Below are positions 35,781 through 43,682 of a stretch of 64,000 bases of DNA, in pieces (position 1 is the stretch's first letter; every line of letters starts with the position of its first letter). The notes beneath the pieces are model-generated. The model did no database searches. It was not told the origin of the DNA and worked only from the letters and a program-made list of their open reading frames with translations. The DNA is taken from assembly GCA_964403505.1 (NCBI GenBank), contig CAYOFP010000002.1, positions 3,660 through 67,659 of the forward strand, written 5' to 3'. The stretch comes from an uncultured Lachnospiraceae bacterium (GTDB lineage Bacteria; Bacillota; Clostridia; Oscillospirales; CAG-272). The position numbers and the translations under genes are program-made.

Positions 35781-36997
35781 GTCAGATCCTCCGCTATCTT
35801 TTTTGCCGTTTCCTTGATTCCTATGGTGTTATAGATACAGTCTGCCGCCGCTTTGTATAAAGGTTCCCGTTCTTTTGCTATCTCTTGGATATCCCGTGTT
35901 TGAGAGATCGGTCTTCCTTTGCTCGGCAGTTTGCTTATATCACGCATGAGTAATACGACGGTGGAGTTCTGCTTCAGTGGCTCGATATTCCTTTCCCGTG
36001 TGACGATGCCGCCGCCCGTTGCGATAACGCAGGAGCTGCGCTTGCAAACGTCACGGCATACCTTAGTCTCTATCCTGCGGAAATGTTCCTCGCCGTAGCT
36101 TTCAAATATTTCCGGGATGATCATCCCGGCTCTTTTTACGATCTCCTCATCGCAATCGATAAATTCCCGTCCCGTGATCCGTGCGAGCTCTTTTCCTATG
36201 GTGGTCTTGCCGCATCCGGGCATGCCGATGAGGACGATGTTTTTCATTGTTTTTTCGAGCGCTTCGGTGATCTGGTCGATCACGTTGTCCTCTTTTTTGC
36301 CGTCTGTGAATACCTCATAAGCCTCTTTTGCCTGTGCGACCAGCATGGGAAGACCGCCGATGTGCGGTATGCCCGTCTTTTCTGCATCGTAAAGCAATTT
36401 GGTGACAAAGGGATTATATATCATGTCGACCACTCCGCAAAGAGCGGGGAAGAGCGACAGGTCAACGGCACTCTCACCGTTTTTGGGGTACATTCCGACG
36501 GGGGTGGTGTTTACTATGACGTCCGCATCGGCGTGCTTTTCTATATTGTCATAGTTATTTTCGCCTGTGCGAGATATGACGAATATCTCTTTTGCCCCTA
36601 AATCACGCACGACGGCCTGCGCCGTGACGGAAGCGCCGCCCGAGCCGAGTATGAGCACCTTTTTGTTTTTTATCTCTATCCTGCTTTTCGTTATGAGATA
36701 GCCAAATCCGAAATAATCGGTATTGTCGCCGTAAATAGTACCGTCACTGCGTCGGACAAGCGTGTTCACGCTACCTATTTTCTTCGCTCTCTCGGATATT
36801 TCCGAGAGATACGGCATCACGGTCTTTTTATACGGTATCGTGACGTTCAGCGTATCCCAATCGCCGCCTTTGATGAAATCCTCTACCTCATCCTCTTTTT
36901 TCTCAAAGAGGAGATAGCTGTAATCGCCGAGCATTGCGTGGATCTGCGGCGAAAAGCTGTGGCCGAGCGTTTTTCCGAGTAATCCGCTTTTCATCAT
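35777..36997 (-). CDS. Bifunctional shikimate dehydrogenase / shikimate kinase fusion
   Basis: The N-terminal roughly 270 aa are AroE-like (GHSFSPQIH, LGSGGAS). The C-terminal roughly 150 aa are AroK-like (GMPGCGKTTIGKELA, ATGGGIV). ATGA start/stop overlap with pheA. Confidence 0.88.
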   Translation of the reverse strand: MMKSGLLGKTLGHSFSPQIHAMLGDYSYLLFEKKEDEVEDFIKGGDWDTLNVTIPYKKTVMPYLSEISERAKKIGSVNTLVRRSDGTIYGDNTDYFGFGYLITKSRIEIKNKKVLILGSGGASVTAQAVVRDLGAKEIFVISRTGENNYDNIEKHADADVIVNTTPVGMYPKNGESAVDLSLFPALCGVVDMIYNPFVTKLLYDAEKTGIPHIGGLPMLVAQAKEAYEVFTDGKKEDNVIDQITEALEKTMKNIVLIGMPGCGKTTIGKELARITGREFIDCDEEIVKRAGMIIPEIFESYGEEHFRRIETKVCRDVCKRSSCVIATGGGIVTRERNIEPLKQNSTVVLLMRDISKLPSKGRPISQTRDIQEIAKEREPLYKAAADCIYNTIGIKETAKKIAEDLT

Positions 36998-38139
36998 ATT
37001 ACCTCTGAGTAACTGCCGAGGTATTTGAAATCGTCGCACAGACCGTCGAGCTCGCACATGAGCTGGATAAACTCGGGGGAGTATATCGATGCGTCGAGAT
37101 CGAAATAGAACATGAATTCAAAATCCTCATTCGGTATCGGACGGCTTTCTAACTTCTGCAGGTTGATGCCCAGTGCATAGAAGCGTGCGAGCACACGGTA
37201 AAGAGAACCGGGGCTGTGGGGGGCGACGAGCATAAGCGAAGTCCTGTCTGCGCCCGGATAGATCTCGAGTTTTTTGGAGATGCAGATAAAGCGTGTGTGG
37301 TTGTTTCCTGCGTCCTGGACCGAGGAGCGCAAACACTTTAAGCCGTATAGTTCGGCACAGCTTTTTGAGCAAATTGCGGCGATATCTTTTCTGCCCGATT
37401 TTGATACCATTTCCGCCGCTTTTGCCGTGTTTTCGACGGGAGTGATCCTGACGTCTTTGCCGAGCGAAGCTAAAAATGCAGAGCACTGGTTGAGCGCCTG
37501 CTCGTGAGATATTACCTCTCGTATATCAGAGAGGTCGCTGCTCTCATTTACCATGAGATTGTGATCGATCTTGACACGGACCGAGCGCACGATATGGAAC
37601 TGATGCTCGATCATAAGGTCATATACCTTGTTGACAGAGCCTGCCGTGCTGTTCTCGAGGGGCAGTATGCCATAGTCGCATTCGCCCGATTCAATTGCGG
37701 AAAAAACCTTTCCGAACGAGCTGTAATACTTGATATCCGGAAAAGCAAAGAGCTTCTGACACGCCGCCTGAGAATACGCTCCCTCCACGCCCTGACAGGC
37801 TATTTTGGCATCCTTCGGAAATACCTTCGGCGTCGTTTCTATCGCTTTTTCAATGTCAGTATAAAGCGCCGAGCCTTTATTTAAAAGGGTGCATTGATAG
37901 GAGCGTGATAGCTCGAATATCAGTGCATATAAGACACGCATATAGGAGCGCATGCTTTCATCGCTCTTTGCGGCGATGTCTGCCATGATCGCACGTTCTC
38001 TTGCAGGATCGTATACCGCCATGCCGGTGGCTCTTTTATATTCCGCCACCTCGCTTGACGCTTTCATTCTCTCCTGAAATAGCTTTACAAGCTCGCTATC
38101 GATTTTGTCGATTTTATTTCTTACTTCTTTCAGATCCAT
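36994..38139 (-). CDS. pheA: Bifunctional chorismate mutase / prephenate dehydratase (P-protein)
   Basis: CM domain (LKEVRNKIDKIDSELVKLFQERM), PDT domain (IACQGVEGAYS, ENSTAGSV) and a C-terminal ACT-like region (ESRP). Confidence 0.9.
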   Translation of the reverse strand: MDLKEVRNKIDKIDSELVKLFQERMKASSEVAEYKRATGMAVYDPARERAIMADIAAKSDESMRSYMRVLYALIFELSRSYQCTLLNKGSALYTDIEKAIETTPKVFPKDAKIACQGVEGAYSQAACQKLFAFPDIKYYSSFGKVFSAIESGECDYGILPLENSTAGSVNKVYDLMIEHQFHIVRSVRVKIDHNLMVNESSDLSDIREVISHEQALNQCSAFLASLGKDVRITPVENTAKAAEMVSKSGRKDIAAICSKSCAELYGLKCLRSSVQDAGNNHTRFICISKKLEIYPGADRTSLMLVAPHSPGSLYRVLARFYALGINLQKLESRPIPNEDFEFMFYFDLDASIYSPEFIQLMCELDGLCDDFKYLGSYSEVI

Positions 38140-38140
38140 C

Positions 38141-39214
38141 TTATATCTCCTGAGTTATTATCGCATCATATAGCGCTATTGCGCACGCCGCCTCGATCAC
38201 GGGTACTGCACGGGGCAGGATACACGGGTCGTGCCTGCCTTTGATCTCGAGTTTGGCATTTTCTTTTTTCGAAAAAGAGATGCTGTCCTGCACTTTGGAT
38301 ATTGACGGTGTCGGCTTGATCGCCGCTCGGAATATCAGGGGCATTCCGCTCGACATACCGCCGAGGATACCGCCGTGATTATTTGTTTTTGTCCTGATCT
38401 CGTCTCCGTCATAATAGAAGGGGTCGTTGTTTTCACTGCCGAGCAGGTCGGCTACTCGGAATCCTGCTCCGAATTCGATGCCCTTAACGGCAGGAACCGA
38501 GAAAACGATTCGGGAAATATCTCCCTCGAGCCCGTAAAACATGTGCTCTCCGATCCCCACGGGAAGGCCGGTAGCGGCGCACTCGATGATACCGCCGACA
38601 GAGTCTCCCGAGAGCCTTGCACTTTCTATGACATCCTGCATTTTGAGGGATGCTTCTTCGCTGATTACGGGGAAATCGGGAAGTATCTCAGCCTGTGGAG
38701 ACAGATCGTCATACGGCATGTCACAGATATCTTTAATTTTATAGATATGTGCAGATATGTTAATACCCCTCTGCTCTAAAAGCTGCTTGCATATTCCGCC
38801 GATAATGCACAGGGGCGCTGTCATCCTGCCGGAGAAATGTCCTCCGCCTGCGACCTCACGGCCCGCACCGTATTTGATCTGCGCAGGGAAGTCGGCGTGT
38901 CCGGGTCTCGGTATATCACGCAAGTTTTCGTAATCGCCCGAGCGTGTATTCGTATTTCTTATGATCGCCTTGAAATGCCCGCCGTCGAGCACGCCGTTCG
39001 CCACACCGGAGATGTATTCGGCTCTGTCAGGCTCTTTTCTTGCCGTGGCGAATTTTGCTTTTCCGGGCGCACGGCGGTCGAGAAACGCCTGGAGCGCCGC
39101 TTCGTCAAATTTCGCACCCTTCGGCAGACCGTCGCATTCTGCCGTTATCTCGCTCGAGTGTGACGCTCCGGTAATGGATATTTTCAGTTTGTTTAAATGA
39201 ATAGTGCTTGTCAT
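38141..39214 (-). CDS. aroC: Chorismate synthase
   Basis: GASHS, RPGHAD and GGISSG-type motifs (GGILGGMSSG). Confidence 0.95.
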   Translation of the reverse strand: MTSTIHLNKLKISITGASHSSEITAECDGLPKGAKFDEAALQAFLDRRAPGKAKFATARKEPDRAEYISGVANGVLDGGHFKAIIRNTNTRSGDYENLRDIPRPGHADFPAQIKYGAGREVAGGGHFSGRMTAPLCIIGGICKQLLEQRGINISAHIYKIKDICDMPYDDLSPQAEILPDFPVISEEASLKMQDVIESARLSGDSVGGIIECAATGLPVGIGEHMFYGLEGDISRIVFSVPAVKGIEFGAGFRVADLLGSENNDPFYYDGDEIRTKTNNHGGILGGMSSGMPLIFRAAIKPTPSISKVQDSISFSKKENAKLEIKGRHDPCILPRAVPVIEAACAIALYDAIITQEI

Positions 39215-40437
39215 ATTTTTTCAAGATCCTCGAAAAATGATTGATATGATTTGTTTACCGCTTCTGCTCCGATGATTGTGACGGGATTTTCGCAGGCGCA
39301 TGAGGCGACGGCCGCACTCATGGCGATGCGGTGATCGTTTGCGGCGTCCACCGTTCCGCCCCTCAGGGCTGTCGGCTCGATTATCATGCCGTCGTCGGTC
39401 TCTTGCGCATTTCCGCCGATGGCGTTGATCATGGCGCATACGGTCTTTATTCTGTCGCTTTCTTTTATGCGCAGTCTCGCCGCACCTGTGATGACGGTCT
39501 TGCCATGGGCGGCTGCCGCAGTTACTGCAATAACGGGCACGAGATCGGGGATATCCGTTGCGTCGAGCGAGATACCGTGCAGCTCCCTGTGTCTTACGGT
39601 GACGGAGCTTTCCTTTTCCTCTACGTCAGCGCCGAAAAGGCGCAGGATATCGAGTATTTTTCTGTCCCCCTGCAGGCTTTTGCCGATTCCGGTGAGGGTC
39701 ACCTCGCCGCATATTGCGGCGGCGCATAAGGGAAATGCGGCGTTTGACCAGTCTCCTTCAACCTTTAATTCTCCGGGTGATATATATTTCTGACCGCCCG
39801 GTATTTTTATGGTGTTTTCGTTAAAATCCACCTTAATCCCGAAATTCTCGAGCGCCGATACCGTCATCATAATATATGGCAGACTCTCTATTTTTCCCTC
39901 GAGTATGATCTCGCTGTCATCCGACAGACACGGCAGTGCAAACAACAGACCCGAGATGTACTGGGACGTGATATTTCCCGGCAGATGATATTTTCCGGGC
40001 GTTAATTTGCCTGATAATTCTATCGGATTTGTCCCTTCGGGCGATAGAGTGCATCCGTGGCGGATCATCTCTCTGCGCAGGTCGGTGATCGGACGCATCG
40101 GGAGCCTGCCGTGCATATGTATTTTTGCAGAAATGCCGAGCGAGGCTATTACAGGAAGCAAAAACCGAAGGGTCGAGCCGCTCTCTCCGCAGTCACATTC
40201 TGCGCTCGCATTTATGCCCGGCTCAATGGTAAAGCCGTCAGCTGTTTTTGATATTTTCGCACCGAGAGCGGAAAGACAGCTGAGGGTAGCGTCGATATCT
40301 GCGCTTGTAGAGGGCAGGATCAGATGGGTCTTTCCCTCTGCGAGATATGCGCAGATCGCAAGACGGTGCGCCATGCTTTTTGACGGTATGGCATCGAGCG
40401 TCCCTTTTATTTCTCTTTTATGTACGGTTTTTATCAT
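39211..40437 (-). CDS. aroA: 3-phosphoshikimate 1-carboxyvinyltransferase (EPSP synthase)
   Basis: IPSKSMAHR, GESGSTLRFL and NDHRIAMS motifs. The start at MIKTVHK lies downstream of the aroB stop. Confidence 0.95.
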   Translation of the reverse strand: MIKTVHKREIKGTLDAIPSKSMAHRLAICAYLAEGKTHLILPSTSADIDATLSCLSALGAKISKTADGFTIEPGINASAECDCGESGSTLRFLLPVIASLGISAKIHMHGRLPMRPITDLRREMIRHGCTLSPEGTNPIELSGKLTPGKYHLPGNITSQYISGLLFALPCLSDDSEIILEGKIESLPYIMMTVSALENFGIKVDFNENTIKIPGGQKYISPGELKVEGDWSNAAFPLCAAAICGEVTLTGIGKSLQGDRKILDILRLFGADVEEKESSVTVRHRELHGISLDATDIPDLVPVIAVTAAAAHGKTVITGAARLRIKESDRIKTVCAMINAIGGNAQETDDGMIIEPTALRGGTVDAANDHRIAMSAAVASCACENPVTIIGAEAVNKSYQSFFEDLEKI

Positions 40438-40441
40438 GCGG

Positions 40442-41494
40442 TTATTTTCCTTCGGTGAAAATGTTGATAAGCTCATCGGTAGCGACTTTGTGCGTCACGC
40501 ACCTTCCGGTCTTTTCGGGTACGATGAGCGTGATGCTGTCGCCCGAGCGCTTTTTGTCGGAAAGCGCCGCTTTTGCGAGCTCCTCGGGGGTGTAGTTATA
40601 TTCGAGGGTAAAGCCGTAATCGTCGAGGATACTGCGTAAGTATTCATAACAGCCCTTTTCGCATAATCCCGATTTTTCACAGGCCTTCGTGACGGTCGCC
40701 ATGCCCCATGCGACGGCAGAGCCGTGGGATATTTCAAAATTGCTTATCGCCTCGAGCGCATGGCCTGCCGTGTGACCGAAGTTAAGTAAAGCTCTTGCGC
40801 CCCTGTCAAATTCATCATCGGCGACGACGTCCCGTTTGAGCTCGACACAGCGTGCGATGACCTCTTCCTCCCATTCACGGACGTGCACGGATGCGAGCTT
40901 TTTTAAAAATTCTGCATCGTATATCATACCGTATTTGATCACCTCGGCGCATCCGTCCCTGTATATATCGCAGGGGAGCGTCGAGAGGGTGTCTGCGTCG
41001 CACAAAACGAGGATCGGCTGATGAAAAGCGCCGACGAGATTTTTTCCTGCCGTTATGTCGATTGCGGTCTTTCCGCCGACCGAGGAGTCGACAGCCGCAA
41101 GCAGCGTGGTGGGTATCTGAACGAAATCTATACCTCTCTGATAGCACGCTGCGGCAAATCCCGTGAGGTCGCCTACGACTCCGCCGCCGAGGGCAACGAG
41201 GATGTCCGAGCGAGTGAGGTGCTCATATGCGATAAAATTCAAAAGGGAGATGAAGCTCTCGGCGCATTTTGATTTTTCGCCGTGTTCTATTACGAATTTG
41301 CATACGGCAAATCCCGTTTTTTCAAGTGAAGCCGTTACCTTTTGCGCATAGAGGGCATCGACGGTATCGTCGGTTACGACGCAGATCTTTTTTGCATCCG
41401 TTACGTTTTTTATATAGCTTCCGCATTCGGCGAGCATATTCCTGCCGATGAGGATATCATAACTGTGGGATGCTTTTACTTTTATCGTTTTCAT
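40442..41494 (-). CDS. aroB: 3-dehydroquinate synthase
   Basis: GGGVVGDLTGFAAA, GGKTAID and HTAGHALE motifs. Confidence 0.95.
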   Translation of the reverse strand: MKTIKVKASHSYDILIGRNMLAECGSYIKNVTDAKKICVVTDDTVDALYAQKVTASLEKTGFAVCKFVIEHGEKSKCAESFISLLNFIAYEHLTRSDILVALGGGVVGDLTGFAAACYQRGIDFVQIPTTLLAAVDSSVGGKTAIDITAGKNLVGAFHQPILVLCDADTLSTLPCDIYRDGCAEVIKYGMIYDAEFLKKLASVHVREWEEEVIARCVELKRDVVADDEFDRGARALLNFGHTAGHALEAISNFEISHGSAVAWGMATVTKACEKSGLCEKGCYEYLRSILDDYGFTLEYNYTPEELAKAALSDKKRSGDSITLIVPEKTGRCVTHKVATDELINIFTEGK

Positions 41495-42327
41495 CTTGCT
41501 CCGTCTACCTCTTCTTTTTTCTTTCTGCCGTCGTCGAGTATTTTGTGCAGGGTTTCTGAGTCTCTGTCGATGAGCGCCTGCTTATATTCGCCGAGCGAAT
41601 TGATTATGATGTCGAGTTCGTTTATGAGATTTTCTCTGTTTTCGAGGAAAAGCTCCGTCCACATATCGGGGTTGAGCCATGCGACACGAGTCATATCCTT
41701 GTAGCTTCCGGCGGAAAACCCACGGTGTGAGCCTGCGGTCGGGCTTTTGATATACGCATTTGATACGATATGCGCCATCTGGGATGTAAAGGCGATCATC
41801 CTGTCGTGCTCTTCGGCGGTCGTTATCGTTATCTTACCGAAGCCTGCAGGCATACAGTATTCCTTGATCTTTTCCAAAAATTCGATATCGTCATATCTCG
41901 GTGGGACGATGACCATCGATGCGCCGTTGAAAAGATTTGCTCTGCTCGCTTTAAAACCGGTTTTGTGCGTACCTGCCATCGGATGTCCGCCGATGAAGAT
42001 AAGGCCCTTTTCCTTTGCCGTCTTAAAACATTCTTCGCATACCTGCGCTTTTGTGCCGCAGCAGTCGATGACAAATGTCTCGGGCGAGAAATGATCCGAC
42101 CATTCCTTGTAAAATGAGATCGCAACGGCAGGGAAGAGTGCGATGAAAATAACATCGCATTCCTGCGCATTTTCTTTTGTCAGTACGCCGTCCATCGCAC
42201 CCGAAATGACAGCGAATTCGAGCGTGCCGCGGTCTTTGTCATATCCGAGGACGGTATGTCCTTTTTCCTTATATACTTTAGCGAGCGACCCGCCGATCAG
42301 GCCGAGTCCGGCAATGCCTACTTTCAA
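41491..42327 (-). CDS. tyrA: Prephenate dehydrogenase
   Basis: MKVGIAGLGLIGGSLA Rossmann motif and GGHPMAG. Confidence 0.88.
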   Translation of the reverse strand: MKVGIAGLGLIGGSLAKVYKEKGHTVLGYDKDRGTLEFAVISGAMDGVLTKENAQECDVIFIALFPAVAISFYKEWSDHFSPETFVIDCCGTKAQVCEECFKTAKEKGLIFIGGHPMAGTHKTGFKASRANLFNGASMVIVPPRYDDIEFLEKIKEYCMPAGFGKITITTAEEHDRMIAFTSQMAHIVSNAYIKSPTAGSHRGFSAGSYKDMTRVAWLNPDMWTELFLENRENLINELDIIINSLGEYKQALIDRDSETLHKILDDGRKKKEEVDGAR

Positions 42328-43301
42328 TTTTCCGTAACCTCTTTGATTTTTCTTGCTCTATCTAATATTTCTGCGAATTCCTTGTCTGTGACAGCGCCGG
42401 TACGTGTGATATCGCCCGTTGTGTTTATTTCCGTCATAATGCCGTCTGCGCCGCATGCGGCCGCCGCACAAGCCATGGGGCGGACAAGCTCGGACGCTCC
42501 CGTCGCATGTGAGATATCTGCAATTACCGGCAGATGTGAGAGCGTATGGAGCGTAGGGATCGCCGATAGGTCGAGGGTGTTTTTCGTGTATGTCTCGAAT
42601 GTTCTGATGCCCCGCTCGCACAGTATGACTCTCTCGTTTCCGCCTGCCATGATGTGCTCTGCGCTGACGAGCAGTTCCATGAGCGTCCCGGCGAGGCTCC
42701 GCTTCAGTATGACGGGCTTGTCGGTCTTTCCTACTTCGTGTAAAAGCTCGTGATTCTGCATGTTTGCAGCACCGATGATTATGATGTCCGCATCATCGCT
42801 TGCGGCGATATCTCCTGCGCTTGTTATCTCTTTGGCGATCGGAAGGCCGAGGGCCTTTACCTTACCGATATCGTATGACGCCGCTTTGGAATAGGGCGAG
42901 TATTTTGCGCCTGCCGCACCAAAGCATAATACCTGTGCGCCGGCCGCCCTTGCCGCCTGTGCCGAAGCGAGCAGTGCATCTTCATCGCCCGTATAGTCGA
43001 GGGACGCAAAGGATGTGAGCGCACCTGCGCCGATCTTTACACCGCACACGTCAATTACGGTATTATGCGGATGGAATTTCCTGTTTGCTTTTTTATAGGG
43101 CTCTGTGATTCTCGTCACCTTTTCGACCATGTCAAGACCTTCGACAAGCTCGGTGTCGATGGTGCTGGTATCGCCGACAAGTCCCATGATCGTCGTGGTA
43201 TCACCCTTTGAGAGATGAACGGAAAGCCCCTTTCCTACAAACCATTTTGTGAGGCTTTGTATCTGCGCTTCCGTGACTTCGTTTTTTAAAATAGCTATCA
43301 T
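42324..43301 (-). CDS. DAHP synthase type I-beta homologue with an N-terminal ferredoxin-like domain; catalytic motifs are partly degenerate
   Basis: The fold is clearly conserved (ILKRS, ILCERGIRTFE, NTLDLSAIP, HLPVIADISH). However GPCSVE is replaced by ASLDYTG, KPRTSPY by GAKYSPY and GARN by GAAN. I moved the start to MIAILK (43301), which has a GGAG RBS. The ORF-track start lies inside the terminator. Confidence 0.75.
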   Translation of the reverse strand: MIAILKNEVTEAQIQSLTKWFVGKGLSVHLSKGDTTTIMGLVGDTSTIDTELVEGLDMVEKVTRITEPYKKANRKFHPHNTVIDVCGVKIGAGALTSFASLDYTGDEDALLASAQAARAAGAQVLCFGAAGAKYSPYSKAASYDIGKVKALGLPIAKEITSAGDIAASDDADIIIIGAANMQNHELLHEVGKTDKPVILKRSLAGTLMELLVSAEHIMAGGNERVILCERGIRTFETYTKNTLDLSAIPTLHTLSHLPVIADISHATGASELVRPMACAAAACGADGIMTEINTTGDITRTGAVTDKEFAEILDRARKIKEVTEN

Positions 43302-43313
43302 ATCTGACTCCTG

Positions 43314-43342
43314 AAAAAGACCGCACAGCAATCTGTGCGGTC
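43314..43342 (-). terminator. Leader (attenuator) terminator directly upstream of the aro operon RBS
   Basis: Minus strand: GACCGCACAG, loop attg, CTGTGCGGTC, then TTTTT, then CAGGAGTCAGATATG (the RBS and start of the first aro gene). Confidence 0.8.
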
Positions 43343-43385
43343 TTGCAATATCTTACTTGCAATATAACGGCGGCACAAATCGCTT

Positions 43386-43448
43386 TTACTTTGTATTCTT
43401 AAAGTAAAAGTAATAGCGATATGCAAAAACCGTCATATTTGTTTTCAT
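43386..43448 (-). CDS. Candidate aromatic leader peptide MKTNMTVFAYRYYFYFKNTK
   Basis: 20 codons. GGAG lies 7 nt upstream of the ATG. Residues 8-16 include 4 Tyr and 3 Phe. The Tyr/Phe codons form the 5' arm of a hairpin with AAAGTAAAAGCGAT, which spans the stop codon. Confidence 0.55.
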   Translation of the reverse strand: MKTNMTVFAYRYYFYFKNTK

Positions 43449-43653
43449 TCTATAACTCCAATATCTTTAAGGCAACGCCGCACAATTCACGGCTGTCGCC
43501 TTGACGGCACACTTGAAACGCATATTTTCCGTCATATTTCACAAATTTCGTCGGCAGAGGACTCTACTCTTGCCTCCTCAATTTGTTTTGTCTGACGAAA
43601 AATCTGTCGGCGCAATTGCACCGTCAGAATTATGCGGTGTTGCCTTATAATAA

Positions 43654-43682
43654 AGTATACCACTATATAGAAGATTTGTCAA
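43654..43682 (-). promoter_or_regulatory. Sigma-A type promoter of the aro operon leader
   Basis: Minus strand: TTGACA (43682-43677), 17-nt spacer, TATACT (43659-43654), with an extended -10 TGG. The -35 overlaps the stop codon of the upstream gene. Confidence 0.75.

Noticed and set aside
43302-43331. ORF-track start (MLCGLFQESD) of the first aro gene.
   Set aside because: These codons are the leader terminator hairpin and the RBS. The family-typical N-terminus MIAILK starts at 43301, preceded by GGAG.
43314-43660. T-box or TRAP-type control of the aro operon leader.
   Set aside because: I found no GGUGG-containing T-box motif next to the terminator and no specifier-loop or AG-bulge layout. 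The only GAG/UAG triplets are four adjacent ones without the 2-3 nt spacers TRAP needs. A CCGTTA (F-box-like) hexamer is present, but alone it is not diagnostic.
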